A stretch of DNA of 64,000 bases from Nageia nagi (Eukaryota; Plantae; Pinophyta): the NCBI GenBank assembly GCA_050084985.1, contig JBITNC010000001.1, forward strand, positions 58,714,001-58,778,000, in the 5' to 3' direction. Under the pieces are notes generated by a model. The model made no database searches, was not told the DNA's origin, and saw nothing but the letters and a program-made list of their open reading frames with translations. The position numbers and the translations under genes are program-made. Of this stretch, positions 1-13,510 are shown one piece after another. Position 1 is the stretch's first letter. The number at the start of each line of letters is the position of its first letter.

Positions 1-455
1 ATAGATTAGCAGGGAACTTGATATATTTTTATGAAATCCTTAGTTTTAGAGTTGTCAGGGATGTCCACTTTTTGAATAAGCCACAGTTTAACCACCATAG
101 GAATGCATATCACAACTTACCACCTAGTGGAAAATTGCTAAGGAGTAATGCCAAATCCAAATATGATCCTGCCAAATATGCTAGGGTAAGGTGTGATATA
201 AATAAGGTACTTCAAAGCAATACTAATAATATATATTTTAGAGAGATACATAAAGTGCTAACCAAATACGGGGAAAAGGACTATCATGAACTACCACAAG
301 AAGCAAAGGATCATATTGAAAAAGAAATAGAAATGTATAACCTACCAAAAAAAAGGAAGATGAGGAATAAAAATGTAATAAATGCATATATATCAAAATT
401 CATAGTGTTCATACTCTTAGTGCACTCATTATTGTAGACATAGAATCCTAGGTGA

Positions 456-1140
456 ACATAATTTTTGTTTCCTCTTTATTAATAATATTGCTTAAATGAT
501 TGTTTTTTATGTTTTATGTTGCATTTTTGATTGCTATCTTCCATTTTTCCAATGCAAGAACAAGAGGGAAAAAATCAACAAAATAATGAGGAGCAAACCT
601 TGGAACAAAACCAAGTTGATCAAAGTGATGAAAATATGAAAACTTCACATGAAGATATGCAAATTCCAGATGAAGATATGTAGGACTCGTACCAGTTTTC
701 TTTGAGTTAGTTTGTGCAATAATAGGTTGATGTTTTAACAAATTGGTTTTTTTATGTTATAATTGATAATTAGCAAATTGTGATCATAATGTTGTGTTAC
801 CTCTTTATCAATAATGTTGCTTAAATGATTTTTTTTTTTGCATTTTTTTATGTTTTTCTTCACTTTATCCAATGCAAGAACAAGAGAAACTAAATCAACA
901 AAACAACAATATGCAAATTCCAGACAAATATATGCAAGGTTATTACTAGTTTGCTTTGACTTAGCCTATGCAACAATAGATTGATGTTTTAATGAATTGG
1001 TTTTTTTATGTTATAATTGCTAATTAGAAACTATGACCATAATATTTTGTTTCCTCTTTATTAATAATGTTGCTTAAATGATTATTTTTTATTTTTTTGC
1101 ATTTTTTATGCTTGTCTTCCCTTTCTCCAATGCAGGAACA
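456..1140 (+). repeat. Three degenerate direct copies (starting about 456, 786, 1038) of a 250-330 bp unit
   Basis: Recurrent CATAAT...TTTCCTCTTTATTAATAATRTTGCTTAAATGATT...TCCAATGCARGAACAA; third copy truncated and followed by CAA-rich repeats. Confidence 0.8.
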
Positions 1141-2265
1141 ACTCCATAACAACCAACAACAACCAACAATAGTAGCAAACAACTCCATAACAACCAACAA
1201 CAACCATGTTTCAAGTAATGATTATATATATGTAATAAGGATTTAGAATGAACATTCCTCCATTAAAGGATCAACATGTTTTCACAAGAGACACAACATA
1301 AATGAGTTACTTATAAATTTATGCCTCATTGAAATGTAGGAAAAAGAGGCATCAAATGAAGAGGTATCAGATGAAGAGACATCATATGAAGAAGAACACA
1401 AATAAGAAGATGATGATGTTGGGTCCTTCTAGCTAAAATATTGTGCTAGCAAAGATAGAATTCTAAAACTATATGTAGAGGTTATTCTAGGTTCATTCAA
1501 ATAGTGAAATAAAAAAAATGGTTCGATAAATCCTTGTAGTTGTATAGCAATAGTTATTGTTGATTGGCTACTTAAAAACCCATCCATTGTGCCATAAAAA
1601 ATGCACTTGATAACTTGGTATTAGCTGGAGTAAAAGAGTGGAAAAAATTCTTAGAGAATGAATACCTTAAAAAAAATTATTTTTTGATGGTTGTTTTGAT
1701 CTAAAAATAGTATTATATGCTTGGATACATCCCCTCATTATGAATTAAGAGAATTCCTGTACTGGTATGATTAAGATAAAGGTTGTCAAAGAAAAAATGA
1801 AGCATATTGACTTTATGCAATCACTTGACAATATATGGGAATCAATCAGGAATGGTGATAATGATGTTGTTTACATTATTTGGTGGAACCATCATTTTTT
1901 TTATTCTAAAGGTTTGAAATGATGCATTTTATGTTATTGATACCTTGGGGGATATATTGCATGAATGAGGGGGAAAATCATACATACTGAAATTTGACAA
2001 AGACACAAAAATTTATGAAATGGTACAACCAAAGAAAAGAAATACTAAGAAAGAGGATGTGCTTATTCTTGCAGGAAAGGATTGTTGCAAGGAGTTCATC
2101 ATAGGTTTTTTAGCAACAATCATTTAATAGAAGTGAATGAAGAGATTGCAAAGGGGGGTGAGATAGATGATGTAATGATAGGAAAGTTGAAAACCGAATT
2201 CACTAGGATATACACCATGCCTTCTCAAAATAGGTGGAGGAAAATTTTGCAATCAACTAGCATAA

Positions 2266-2870
2266 TGATCCGAATTTATGTAGGAACACAATAGAATAAA
2301 CATATAACCATAAATATAGAGATGCAGCAGAAATAACACTTCATTTCATTAATGTCAAAGAATGAAATTTGCTTACAGATAGAATGGAAATAAAACTAGC
2401 TAGGGCATTGGTATCTATCTCTGAGAAGAGATGTTGCAGCTACAGGCCTCTGAACTGAGTTACAATGAGGCTCGAGGGCCTATTTATTATTGAGAAACAA
2501 TGGAGAACCCTAAACATCCCAAAAACCTAACCCTAGGAGATGAAGCGCCAAAACTATGGGCCCCGTTTGGGTAAATTGGTGTTTCAACTTCCTAGGGACA
2601 TAACTTTGGTATACTATCTCCGTTTGACGCACGTGATACATCATTAGAAAGTTCTATCCAAGGACTACAACTTTCAGGATAAATTTCATCTTATGAAATA
2701 AAATGATGCCCAAAAAACATCATTTAGGGCCTCAAAACGGCTCCAGAAGTTTAGGACCCAAAAACAAAATGCTAAAAATAGTAAGTTATGCCAAAACTGA
2801 CAAACTAAAAGAGACAATGGTGGGGGCCCAAGTGGAATAGGCGAGTGGCCACCAATATCCACCTGGATCA
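2266..2870 (-). repeat. LTR (3' LTR of the tandem element)
   Basis: TGATCC...GGATCA termini, adjacent PPT, homologous to 5900-6502 and 9570-10173. Confidence 0.95.
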
Positions 2871-2883
2871 TTCCTCCCCCCTT
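2871..2883 (-). other. Polypurine tract
   Basis: AAGGGGGGAGGAA on the minus strand immediately before the LTR; repeated at 6503-6515. Confidence 0.9.
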
Positions 2884-5858
2884 AGAAAGTAATGGTCCCC
2901 ATTATGTTAAGTTCCTCCATGAGATGAGGAAATTTCTGCTAAACTTGGTCCCTGGTGAACCACTTTCCTTAGTGCAAGAGTTGGCCAGCTTTGACAACTC
3001 GATATAGTTGGATCCTCTATTGGCAAGTGTTCTTGATTTGTATGTCCATGATACAATCTATGGTGGCCTATTCCATGCAGTCTAGGTTTAAATCTATTGG
3101 TGTGAGTTATTTTGCAATGTCTGAAGTGTCCAGTAGAGGTGGGAAGTAAGGACAAAGGTGATCCACATTGAAGACTGGGTGTAGTCCAAGGAATGGTGGA
3201 ATCCCAAGGTCGAAAGCATTATTCCCTATAGCCTTGGTGATGGTGTATAGCCCATATCAAAGCGGGCAAAGCTTACGATGGGGTCTAGTGAGGTGCTCCT
3301 TCTGCAAATGTAGCCATACTTTATCTCCCACCTAGGAGTTGTGTGGCACCCAGTGTTGATCATGGTGTCTGCATGTACTTCCTCTATCCAATATATCATG
3401 AACTTGTTGGTGGATGTGTTGAATGCACTCGATGAAGCTATTTGCTTTGTCAACTTTAGACTAGACGTGAGCTGAATCAGCCTGAGCAGCTATAAATGGC
3501 ATGGCTATGTCAATGGGACATAGTGGCTAGAATCCCAAGCCCACTTGAAAGGGGCTATGGCCAATTGAGCTGTGGAGAGCCCTGTCATAACTATGTTGTA
3601 ATAAGGGAGGTTCTCATCCCATGTGGCATGGATGCTTTGAATTGTACATATGCAAAATGTGTACAATCATTCTATTGATGACCTTTATCTAGCCATCTAT
3701 TTAGGGATGGAAAGCTTGGACTTGGTGAGCTTTGTGTCCAACATTGGCCAAAGGTTGGACCAAAATGTGCTAAGGAACCTGCTATCTCGATTTGATATGA
3801 TAGACTGTGGGATCCCAAAGTGCACCCATACTCATTCAAAGAAGAGTTTAGTAGTGGCTTCTGTTATGATATTCTTCTTACAGGCTACCATAATGGCCAT
3901 CTTTGAGAATCTATCAACAACCATAAAAACACAGTCATTGCCATTCTTAGTAGAAGGCAGGCCCGACATGTAATCCATGGAGATGGATTCCCAAGGTCGA
4001 TTAGGGGTAGGTAGTGGAGTATATAGGCCTTGCTTCTTGATTTCATTATTTTCCATAATAGAGCATCGATAGATCAGTCCATTGGGTAGCAGCGCACCTG
4101 GGGTCAGATCAATCGGGTGCTTGACCTGATAATGCAGAGGAACCCTTGGGTGAGGTGAAGATTTCCTCATACTCCTCCATAACCTTATCCATTTGTTGTG
4201 TCATGCAGAGGGGCCCTATCTGGAGGTCATGGCCATAGTCTTCTTCTTACCCTGGGGGTGAATCATTAGGAAAATGAATTTGTTGGTTTGGGAAATGAGC
4301 TTACTGCATTATTTTGCAGTAACCAAAGAGATAACCGTAGGAGGTGGTACCTCTGGTATCCTATATAACTTATTTCCCAAAGTAATAATAAAGCATGAGG
4401 TCAAGAATCATACATAGCATGATGCTTCCATAAGTATGGTTTTCCTAATAATACATTAGAAACATCAATAGGAGCAACATCACATAATACCTAATCCGTA
4501 AAGGGCTTGATGCTGTAGGGAAGGTGACACTATTAGCTGATGCAAAGATCTCATCCTTGGTGAAGCCACCCGATGGTGTATGGATGTGGGTGAGTTTGGT
4601 CAGTAAGCCCAACCACTTCATGGTGTCTACTAAAATGAGGTTCTTTTGGCTCCTATTATCGATAATGAACTATATAGGGGAGCCCTTTACCCACATCTGG
4701 GAGTGGTAGAGACGTTCCTCCTCCTCTGGATCTTCTAGTTCCCCTTTGGACCTTTGTAGTGGCAATAGTGGCATTGGGCTCTGATCAATAATCTATATCC
4801 CTTTTTCATTCCCTTTTTAGGTTTGATTCAGAGTCAGAGCATGCATCTAAATTTAGAAGCCCTCATCTCGGCCACTAGTAACTCTTGGCCCAACACTCAC
4901 TTGTGTTGTGAGTGGAGCTCTTATGGAACTCACACCACTTTCCTTTGTCCTTCTTTGGCTTTATGGTGTTGTTCTTTTCTTATGGCTTTGATGGGTTGTC
5001 TTTGGCTACCATGCCTTGGCTCTATCCTTTATTCTGTGGTTTGGAAGCACCTTTCCCTTGCTTTTTGATTCGTAGATCCAAAGTCTTTGCTTCTTCTATT
5101 TGAATTTTTGCTCAATCTTGGCAGCATGCTGGTATGCGTACCAAGCAAGGAGATGTCAAGGAACTCCATTTTACTCCTGAATGTATCTCTAAATGTTTCT
5201 CTGAATATTTGATACCCAACTTTATGCATAGGGTATGAAATAGATTCATCAGCTCATGCACATCTTGATCCCTTTGTTGTCATAGCATGGTCCATTGTAT
5301 GTATTTGTCCTCATAGCTCCCCATGGGATAGTACTATTCCTTGATAGCATCTAGAAAGAATTCCAAGTTGGTACAATTGAGAACAGAGAGGGTTCTATCT
5401 AGTCCTTGTTCTCATAGTAGGTTTCCCACCAGTCCTTAACATGGGGGGTAGCTTTGACGAGTGCAAAAATAATCTTCTCTCGGTTTGAAAAGTCATGCAC
5501 AGAGAAATATCCTTCTAATAGATTCAACCATCTATCTACAGCATCAGCATATATTTGACCCTCAAATATGGGAATGTCAAAATTTACTTGTACCTTAAAA
5601 GGAGTCGCAACTCCAGAGTGGCTACTGGATGTAGATGCCCACTAGTGGGTAGTCGTTGAAGGATCTGAGCAAAGTTATCCATCATCATGTTCCTTTGTTT
5701 TTTGAGGGCCTCCTTGAGCAATATTTTGATAGGATATCCTAATCCCTCATCTTTCTTTTCATCCCCAATGGGAATCCATTGAGGCTTGCAAGGCTGATCT
5801 TGCAAGGTTCCACCAGATCAAGCCCTAGCTCTTTATACCTCGACCTCGTTGGGGACAT
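2884..5858 (-). pseudogene. gag-protease-integrase(-chromodomain-like) polyprotein pseudogene lacking RT/RNase H, copy 1
   Basis: ORF fragments PIKILLKEAL..FAQILQRLP (gag), PIDLTPGALLPNG fused to GLYTPLPTPNRPWESISMDYMSGLP..VVDRFSKMA (integrase core); many stops and frameshifts. Confidence 0.9.
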
Positions 5859-5887
5859 GCAAAGAAGGATCGAGAAAAAATAGCCCA

Positions 5888-5898
5888 CTCTGATACCA
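5888..5898 (-). other. Primer binding site, initiator tRNA-Met
   Basis: TGGTATCAGAG on the minus strand 1 bp from the middle LTR. Confidence 0.9.
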
Positions 5899-5899
5899 C

Positions 5900-6502
5900 T
5901 AATCTAGATTTATGTAGGAATGGAATAGAATAAACATATAACCATAAATATAGAGATGTAATAGAAATAACACTTCATTTCATTAATGTCAAAGAATGAA
6001 ATTTGCTTACAGATAGAATGGAAATAAAACTAGCTAGGGCACTGGTAGCTATCTCTGAGAAGAGATGTTGCGGCTAAGGCCTCTAAACTGAGTTACAATG
6101 AGGATTGAGGGCCTATTTATTATTGAGAAATAATGGAGAACCCTAAACATCCCAAAAACCTTACCCTAGGAGATGAAGCACCAAAACTATGGGTCCCGTT
6201 TGGGTAAATTGGTGTTTTAACTTCCCAGGGATGTAACTTTGGCATACTATCTCCATTTGATGCACATGATACATCATTAGAAAGCTCTATCCAAGGACTA
6301 CAACTTTCAAGACAAATTTTAGTTCATGAAATAAAATGAAGCTTAAAAAACATCATTTAGGGCCTCAAAATGGCTCCAAAAGTTTAGGACCCAAAAAAAA
6401 CTGCTAAAAATAGTAAGTTATGCTGAAATTGATAAACTGAAAGAGACAATGGTGGGGGCCTAAATGGAATAGGTGGGTGGCCACCAATATCCACCTGGAT
6501 CA
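5900..6502 (-). repeat. Shared middle LTR
   Basis: Flanked by a PBS on one side and a PPT on the other. Confidence 0.95.
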
Positions 6503-6515
6503 TTCCTCCCCCCTT

Positions 6516-9500
6516 AGAAAGTAATGGTCCCCATTGCATTAAGTTCCTCCATGAGATGAGGAAATTTTTGCTGAACTTGGTCCCTAGGAACCACTTTCCT
6601 TGGTGCAGGAGTTGGCTAGCTTTGACAACCTAATACAGTTGGATCCTTTGTTGGTGAGTGTTCTTAATTTGCATGTCCATGATACAATCTGTGGTGGCCT
6701 GTTCCATGCAGTTTGGGTTTAACTCTATTGGTGTGAGTTATTCTGCAATGTCTGAAGTGTCCAATAGAGGTGGGAAGTAAGGATGAAGGTGATCCACATT
6801 GAAGACTGGGTGCAGTCCAAGGAATGGTGGAATCCTAAGCTCAAAATCATTATTCCCTACAGCCTTGGTGATGGTGTACGACCTGTATTGGAGTGGGCAA
6901 AGCTTGTGGTGGGGTCTAGTGAGGTGCTCCTTCTGCAAATGTAGCCATACTTTATCTCCCACCTGGGAGTTATGTGGCACCTGGTGTTGATCATGGTGCT
7001 GCTTGTACTTTGCATTGGATGTATCCAATATATCATGAACCTATTAGCAGATGTGTTGAATGCGCTCAATGAAGCTACTTGCTTTGTCAACTTCAAATTG
7101 GATGTGAGCTGAATCACCTGAGCAGCTACAAATGGCATGGCTATGTCAATGGGACATAGTGGCTAGAATCCCAAGCCCACCTAAAAGGGGCTATGGCCAA
7201 TTGAACTGTGGAGAGCCCTATTATAACTATGTTGTACATAGGGGAGGTTCTTGTCCCATGTGCATGGATGCTTTGAATTGTACATGCATAGAATGTGTAC
7301 AATCATTTTGTTGATGACCTCTATCTGGCCATCTATTTGGGGATGGAAAGCTATGGACTTGGTGAGCTTTGTGTCCAACATTGGCCAGAGGTTGGACCAA
7401 AATGTGCTAAGGAACGTGCTATCTCAATCTGATATGATAGACTATGGGATCCTAAAGTGCACCCATACTCATTCAAGAAGAGTTTACAGTGCTTCTACTA
7501 TGATATTCTTCTTACAGGTCACCATAATGGCCATCTTCGAGAATCTATCAACGACCATAAAAACATAGTCATTGCCATTCTTAGTAGAAGGCAGGCCCAA
7601 CATGTAATCCATGGAGATGGATTCCCAAGGTTGACTAGGGGTAGGTAGTGGAGTATATAGGCCTTGCTTCTTGATTTCATTATTTTCCATAATAGAGCAC
7701 TGATAGATTAGTCCATTAGGTAGCAGTGCACTTGGGGTCAGATCAATCGGGTGCTTGACTTGATAGTGCAGAGGAACCCCTGTGGGTGAGGTGAAGATGT
7801 CCCTGTACTCCTCCATAACCTTATCCATTTATTGCTATCATGTAGAGGGGCCCTATCTGGAGGTCGTGGCCATAGTCTTCTTCTTTCCCTGGGGTAGATC
7901 ATCAAGAAAATGAATTTCCTAGTTTGGGAAATGAGCTTACTGCATTATTTTGTAGTAACCAAAGAGATAGTCGTAGGAGGTGGTACCTTTGGTATCCTGT
8001 ATAACTTATTTCCCAAAGTAATAATAATAGCACGAGGTCGAGACTCATACATAGCATGATGCTTCCACAAGTATGGTTGTCCTAATAATACATCAAAAAC
8101 ATCAATAGGAGCAACATCACATAATACCTCATCCGTGAAGGGCTTGATGCTGTAGGGAAGGTGGCCATGTTGGCTGATGCAGAGATCTCATCCTTGGTGA
8201 AGCCACCCGATGGTGTATGGATGTGGGTGAGCTATGGTTGGTAAGCCCAACCGCTTCACAATGTCTATTGAAATGAGGTTCTTTTGGCTCCCATTATCGA
8301 TAATGAATTGTACAGGGGATCCCTTTACCCACATCTAGAAGTGGTAGAGATGTTCCTCCTCCTCTGGATCTTTCGGTTCCTCCTTTTGGACCTTTGTAGT
8401 GGTAATAGTGGCATTGGGATCTGCATTAATAATCTATTTCCCTTTTTCATTCCCCTTTTTAGGTTTTGATTCGAAGTTAGAGCATGCATCTAACTCAGAA
8501 GCCCTCATCTCAGCCACTAGCGACTGCTTGGCCCAACACTCACTTATGTTGTGGGTGGAGCTCTTATGGAACTCACACCACTTTCCCATGTACTTCTTTG
8601 GCTTTGCGATGTTGTTCTTTTCTTGTGGCTTTGACAGGTTGTCTTTGGTCGCCATGCCTTGGCTCTATCCTTTGTTCTACTATTTGGAAGCACCTTTCCC
8701 TTGCTTTTGATTCATAGATCCAAAGTCTCGCTTCTTCTATTTGAATTTCTGCTCAATCTTGGCAGCATACCGATATGCCGTACCAAGTGAGGAGATGTTG
8801 AGGAACTCCATTTCCTCCTAAATGTATCTATGCAGATAGCTATGATACTTTAGCACCAAATGTTTCTTTGAATCTTTGATACCCAACTTTATGTGCAGGG
8901 TATGGAACATATTCATCAACTCATGCACATCTTGATCCCTTTGTTATCGCAATGTGGTCCATTATATGTATTTGTCCTCATACCTCCCCACAAGATAGTA
9001 CTATTCCTTGATGGCATCTTAGAAAGAATTCCAAGTTGGTACGACCAAGAATAGAGAGGGTTCTATCTGGTCCTTATTCTCACAGTAGGTTTCCCACCAG
9101 TCCTTAACATGAGGGGTAGCTTTAAGGAGTGCAAAAATAATCTTCTCTCGGTCTGAAAAGTCATGCACAGAGAAATATCCTTCTAATAGATTCAACCATC
9201 TATCTACAACATTGGCATCTATTTGACCCTCAAATATGGGAATGTCAAAATTTACTTGTACCTTAAAAGGAGTCGCAACTCCAAAGTGGCTACTAGATGC
9301 AGATGCACCACCGGTGGGTAGCTGTTGAAGGATCTGAGCAAAGTTATCCATCATCATGTTCCTTTGTTTTTCGAGGGCCTCCTTGAGCAATATTTTGATA
9401 GGATCTCTTTCTCCCTCATCTTTCTTTTCATCCCCCATGGGCATCCATCGAGGGTTGCGAGGCTAATCTTGCAAAGGTTCCACCAGATCAAGCCCTAGTT

Positions 9501-9528
9501 CCTTATACCCTAACCTCGTCGGGGACAT
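6516..9528 (-). pseudogene. gag-protease-integrase(-chromodomain-like) polyprotein pseudogene lacking RT/RNase H, copy 2
   Basis: FKVQVNFDIPIFEGQID..WLNLLEGYF (gag); IIDNGSQKNLIS protease site near 8270-8305; integrase HPQIDGQIEVINK; FELRIPPFLGLHPVFNV; C-terminal GKW..Q...KFPHL. Confidence 0.9.
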
Positions 9529-9556
9529 GCAAAGAAGGATTGAGAAAAAATAGCCC

Positions 9557-9568
9557 GCTCTGATACCA
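9557..9568 (-). other. Primer binding site, initiator tRNA-Met
   Basis: TGGTATCAGAGC on the minus strand next to the 5' LTR. Confidence 0.92.
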
Positions 9569-9569
9569 C

Positions 9570-10173
9570 TGATCTAGATTTATGTAGGAATGTAATAGAA
9601 TAAACATATAACCATAAATATAGAGATGCATCGGAAATAACACTTCATTTCATTAATGTCAAAGAATGAAATTTGCTTACAGATAGAATGAAAATAAAAC
9701 TAGCTAGGGCACTGGTAGCTATCTTTGAGAAGAGATGTTGCAGCTATAGGCCTCTGAACTGAGTTACAATGAGGCTTGAGGGCCTATTTATTATTGAGAA
9801 ATAATGGATAACCCTAAACGTCCCAAAAACCTAACCCTAGGAGATGAAGCGCCAAAACTATGGGCCCTGTTTGGGTAAATTGGTGTTTCAACTTCCTAGG
9901 GACGTAACTTTGGCATACTATCTCCTTTTGACACACATGATACATCATTAGAAAGCTCTATCTGAGGACTACAACTTTCAAGACAAATTTCATGTCATGA
10001 AATAAAATGGTGCCCAAAAAATGTCATTTAGGGCCTCAAAATGGCTCCAAAAGTTTAGGACCCAAAAAAAATTGCTAAAAATAGTAAGTTATGCTGAAAC
10101 TGACAAACTGAAAGAGACAATGGTGGGGGCCCAAGTGGAATAGGCGGGTGGCCACCAATATCCACCTGGATCA
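9570..10173 (-). repeat. LTR (5' LTR of the tandem element)
   Basis: TGATCT...GGATCA followed by TSD CATAA. Confidence 0.95.
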
Positions 10174-10394
10174 CATAATTCCAACACCAATCAAATGGAA
10201 TCAAAAAATGATAATGGAGCATAGGAAAAAATTGAAATCTCTTACTTATAATCAACTAAGAAGTAAGTATTGTACATCCTTTACTTCTATATAGAGGGCA
10301 AAGTTTATTAATCCTCTTTAATGGAGAGTAATTGTTAATCCTCTTTCATTCCATAGGAAAATGATCAAAGAAGGGAGTAACTATGTCTTAAGCT

Positions 10395-10690
10395 ATGTTT
10401 TTTGAGGTAAACATTGGTCCTCCACTCTTATTGCTTGAAATGATCAATATTACTAATGTTGTAAATATGAATACTTACAATAGTTTGATGCATGGTTGTA
10501 TTTTATTTTTCCATTCTCAAGTTGAATTTAATGATCTTGTCAGGTTTTGGTATTTGAACTTTGTTGAAGGGTCACTTTCTTTATGCTAGAGGGTCACTTT
10601 CTTTGCATGAGATGAATTTAGAAGATAGCAATGGTGGTTGTTTGCCAAAAAGCAAGGAATACAAAGATTGTGGTTGCATAATACGTCATA
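10395..10690 (+). pseudogene. Possible Ulp1/C48-like protease remnant of the element interrupted by the gypsy insertion
   Basis: KHWS, TYNSL and KDCG occur in the expected order but in different frames. Confidence 0.3.
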
Positions 10691-11407
10691 CCATTTTTCC
10701 ATTTTGAAACATATATTGTTAATATTTTGAAATCCTTTGTAGACTTGTATGATAACATAATGTAAAACATATTTTATGCATATCCAAGTCTTTATATCAA
10801 ATTGAAATTAACATGGTTTCTAAAAATGCATTTTGCATTACATACCACCATTTCAGGAATCTTCCTTTCTTTTATTTTGTATAAAGAGGGAATGACCCTT
10901 TGTACTTGTATAGTGTGAAACTGTAAAGTTATTTGAGATTAGCAAAATCTTGTAGTTTCCATTACCCCATGGTTTTACCTTCACACAACAGCTTTTCATG
11001 TAATTTTCTTATGTTATTTATGTTTCTATTTTTGCTTGCATGCTCTCAATTTCTTATTACTACAAGGTATCATAGATTATTTTACACAATTCTTATTTGT
11101 AAAGTGTGAAAAAGGTGCATAAAATTATCAATAGATTTGTCTAAATTAACAAAATATCTTTGGTAAATGCACCAAAGGATTGTCCCTAATTTGAAAGGAT
11201 TTTTTTGTATATTTTGACCTGTATTCTCTAAAACTTGTCATATCTCTATTTGGCACTTTACTCTAGAACTTCAAAAATTTCATAGTTTCATGAGCAATTT
11301 TTATTTTTGGTATTAGTCATGGAGGTTTTAAGTTCCTTAAACCTTTTACATTTAAATTTTTCTTGTACCCTATGCATGAAAAGTGGGACATGTATTTCCA
11401 TCTGTAA

Positions 11408-11470
11408 GGGGTGAGAATTGAACCTAGGTCTCACAACCAAGACCCACCAACTCCCCTAACCAATGGAGAT
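11408..11470 (-). mobile_element. Possible tRNA-derived SINE remnant
   Basis: Minus strand has A-box-like CTCCATTGGTTAG and B-box-like GGTTCAATTC at tRNA-like spacing; no cloverleaf. Confidence 0.3.
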
Positions 11471-13108
11471 AGTTTCATTGGTAACTTACAGAACCATCCT
11501 ATTGATAATATTTCTCAAAGTAGATATTGTAGCTTTCATCATATATTTCATCAAACATATGTAATTGTGACTCTTGACTTATTCAATGGTTTTGTTTTAA
11601 GTAAAGAGTGAATCTATGTCCTTCATTTTCTCTAGTACATGAAACTTGTGGTCATATAGATGGATTGAAATATAATGTATAACATGGGACTTATATTTTC
11701 TTCTATTTTGAAAAACTCTCAAATTATTGGCATGATATGTAACATTGCTTTCCAGAATTGTACCAGATAAAAGTTAAAAAAGTAACACCCACATCATATT
11801 CCCATTTTTCATTATTTTAAGGTACACATGAACCTTGATGGACATGGTTGCAAACGTTTTGAGGATACAATGTATTTTCTAGAAAAATAATCGATTTTAA
11901 TTTGTTCAATGATAAGTGCAAGATTTCCATAATCTATACCAAATATGTTTTCTTCCTTAAAATCCTAGATTCAAGAAAAATATGAAATAAGGAAACCACA
12001 TTTGGACCATTAGGATATTTTTAGAGTATACATTATCATTAATGTAGAGATGACAATACATCATCAGTACAAACTTCATGTGAAGTTCAAGTGGATGATG
12101 TCAAAATATAATTCCTAACATGGGTATTCGAGCACACATTTATGAAGTAGATTTTATAAACATCCTTGAATATATTTTAATATACAAATGTTTAGAATAA
12201 ATCATAATTCATAACTATTAACATTGTGGATGATTGACATCAGTTATAGAAGTATTGAGTAGATATTAAAAAATAGATAGTTTCACTCTCTACCACAAAA
12301 ATGCAAGGGTGGTTTATTGTTACCCATTGGCAGTATTAGATGTTATACAGTTTATGACAACATAACATCTTACCAACAAGGAATATATAGAAACTTAACC
12401 TTGATAAAAACAATATCATGAATAAGTTGGATTGTGTAGCAAGTAATTACTAATGAAAACAATGTACCAAAATTAAAATACAGGCTTAAATTTACATAAT
12501 CATTAAGATATGAGTACATGATCCTTATTCTTATTCATGTTTTTTCCAAGGTTATAAGAGATATGACTAATTCATAAGAGATATAATATTTATTTTACAT
12601 AATAAGATACACAAAAGTATATAATTTATATTTAACAAAAAAAGTATTATATATTATAATTCATGAATATACTTCACATTACAAATACTCATTTTCACAC
12701 ATCAACAATTTTACAATCAAATGTTGAAACTCACACATGCATAAATGATATTTATCACATCTCTTGAAGAATAAACAATACATAAGGATAAAATTCCTTA
12801 TATTATACCAAAATAGATTTACAATTGTTATATTTGTGCTTAGAATATAACCTTTAGACTACTAAAACATAATGATTGATTTATTTCTTGTCTATATAGT
12901 TCCTTACACAAACTTATAAATTATGCAAGCTTTAGTGTTATAAGTGTTTGTAGATATCCATATCCATGGATAGGATATTTTATTGTAGTTATCCCAAATA
13001 CTCTATGATAGAAAATCCAATTAACATCGTTAACACATAGTAAGTGGCCCCACATTTCATGTGAAATACCCATTAGGATGAGATTAGCTACAAAGGAGCC
13101 TTGTGCAT

Positions 13109-13510
13109 TGGACTCCACCTAAAAGGAAAGATCAAAATCAATAATGATGGTGCCTCTAAAGGAAACTAAATATGCATATGAAATGGTAGGATTTGTTAAT
13201 AGCACATAGCAAGATGCCTATTTACCTACTCGATGCAACTCACAAAGGACACTTTTAACTATGGAAAGGCAATGGCTATTGTTACTAGTCCAAATAACCA
13301 TTGAAAAAAAATATCATTTACATTGTGGTGGAGAGGGATTCTTAGGTCATAATCAATGGGTTCAAATTAGATTCAATTCATAATTAATGCTTAATTCAAT
13401 TTCCCATTTATGAACTTAAGGACTTTCCCAATAAAATAATGATCCATCATATTCAACATACATTACATGACAACAATAGAGTAGCATAGTAGCTAGCCAA
13501 TAGAGAGGTC
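13109..13510 (+). pseudogene. Degraded RNase H-like domain of a plant LINE (L1-type)
   Basis: WTPP..KIKINNDGASKGN, VERDS.VIING and HIQH...NNRVA..LAN match the WxPP/NxDG/EGDS/NxxADxLA pattern. Confidence 0.7.

Larger units (their letters stand above)
2266..10173 (-). mobile_element. Tandem (LTR-internal-LTR-internal-LTR) Ty3/gypsy chromovirus-like retrotransposon, non-autonomous
   Basis: Three ~604-bp LTRs TGATC...GGATCA; perfect 5-bp TSD CATAA at 2261-2265 and 10174-10178; Met PBS and PPT for each internal region; gag-protease-integrase order. Confidence 0.95.

Noticed and set aside
18-437. 139-aa ORF as a host gene
   Set aside because: No recognisable motif, TTG start, AT-rich decayed context.
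10870-11151. Decayed copia solo LTR
   Set aside because: LTR-like composition but no definable termini, TSD or partner.
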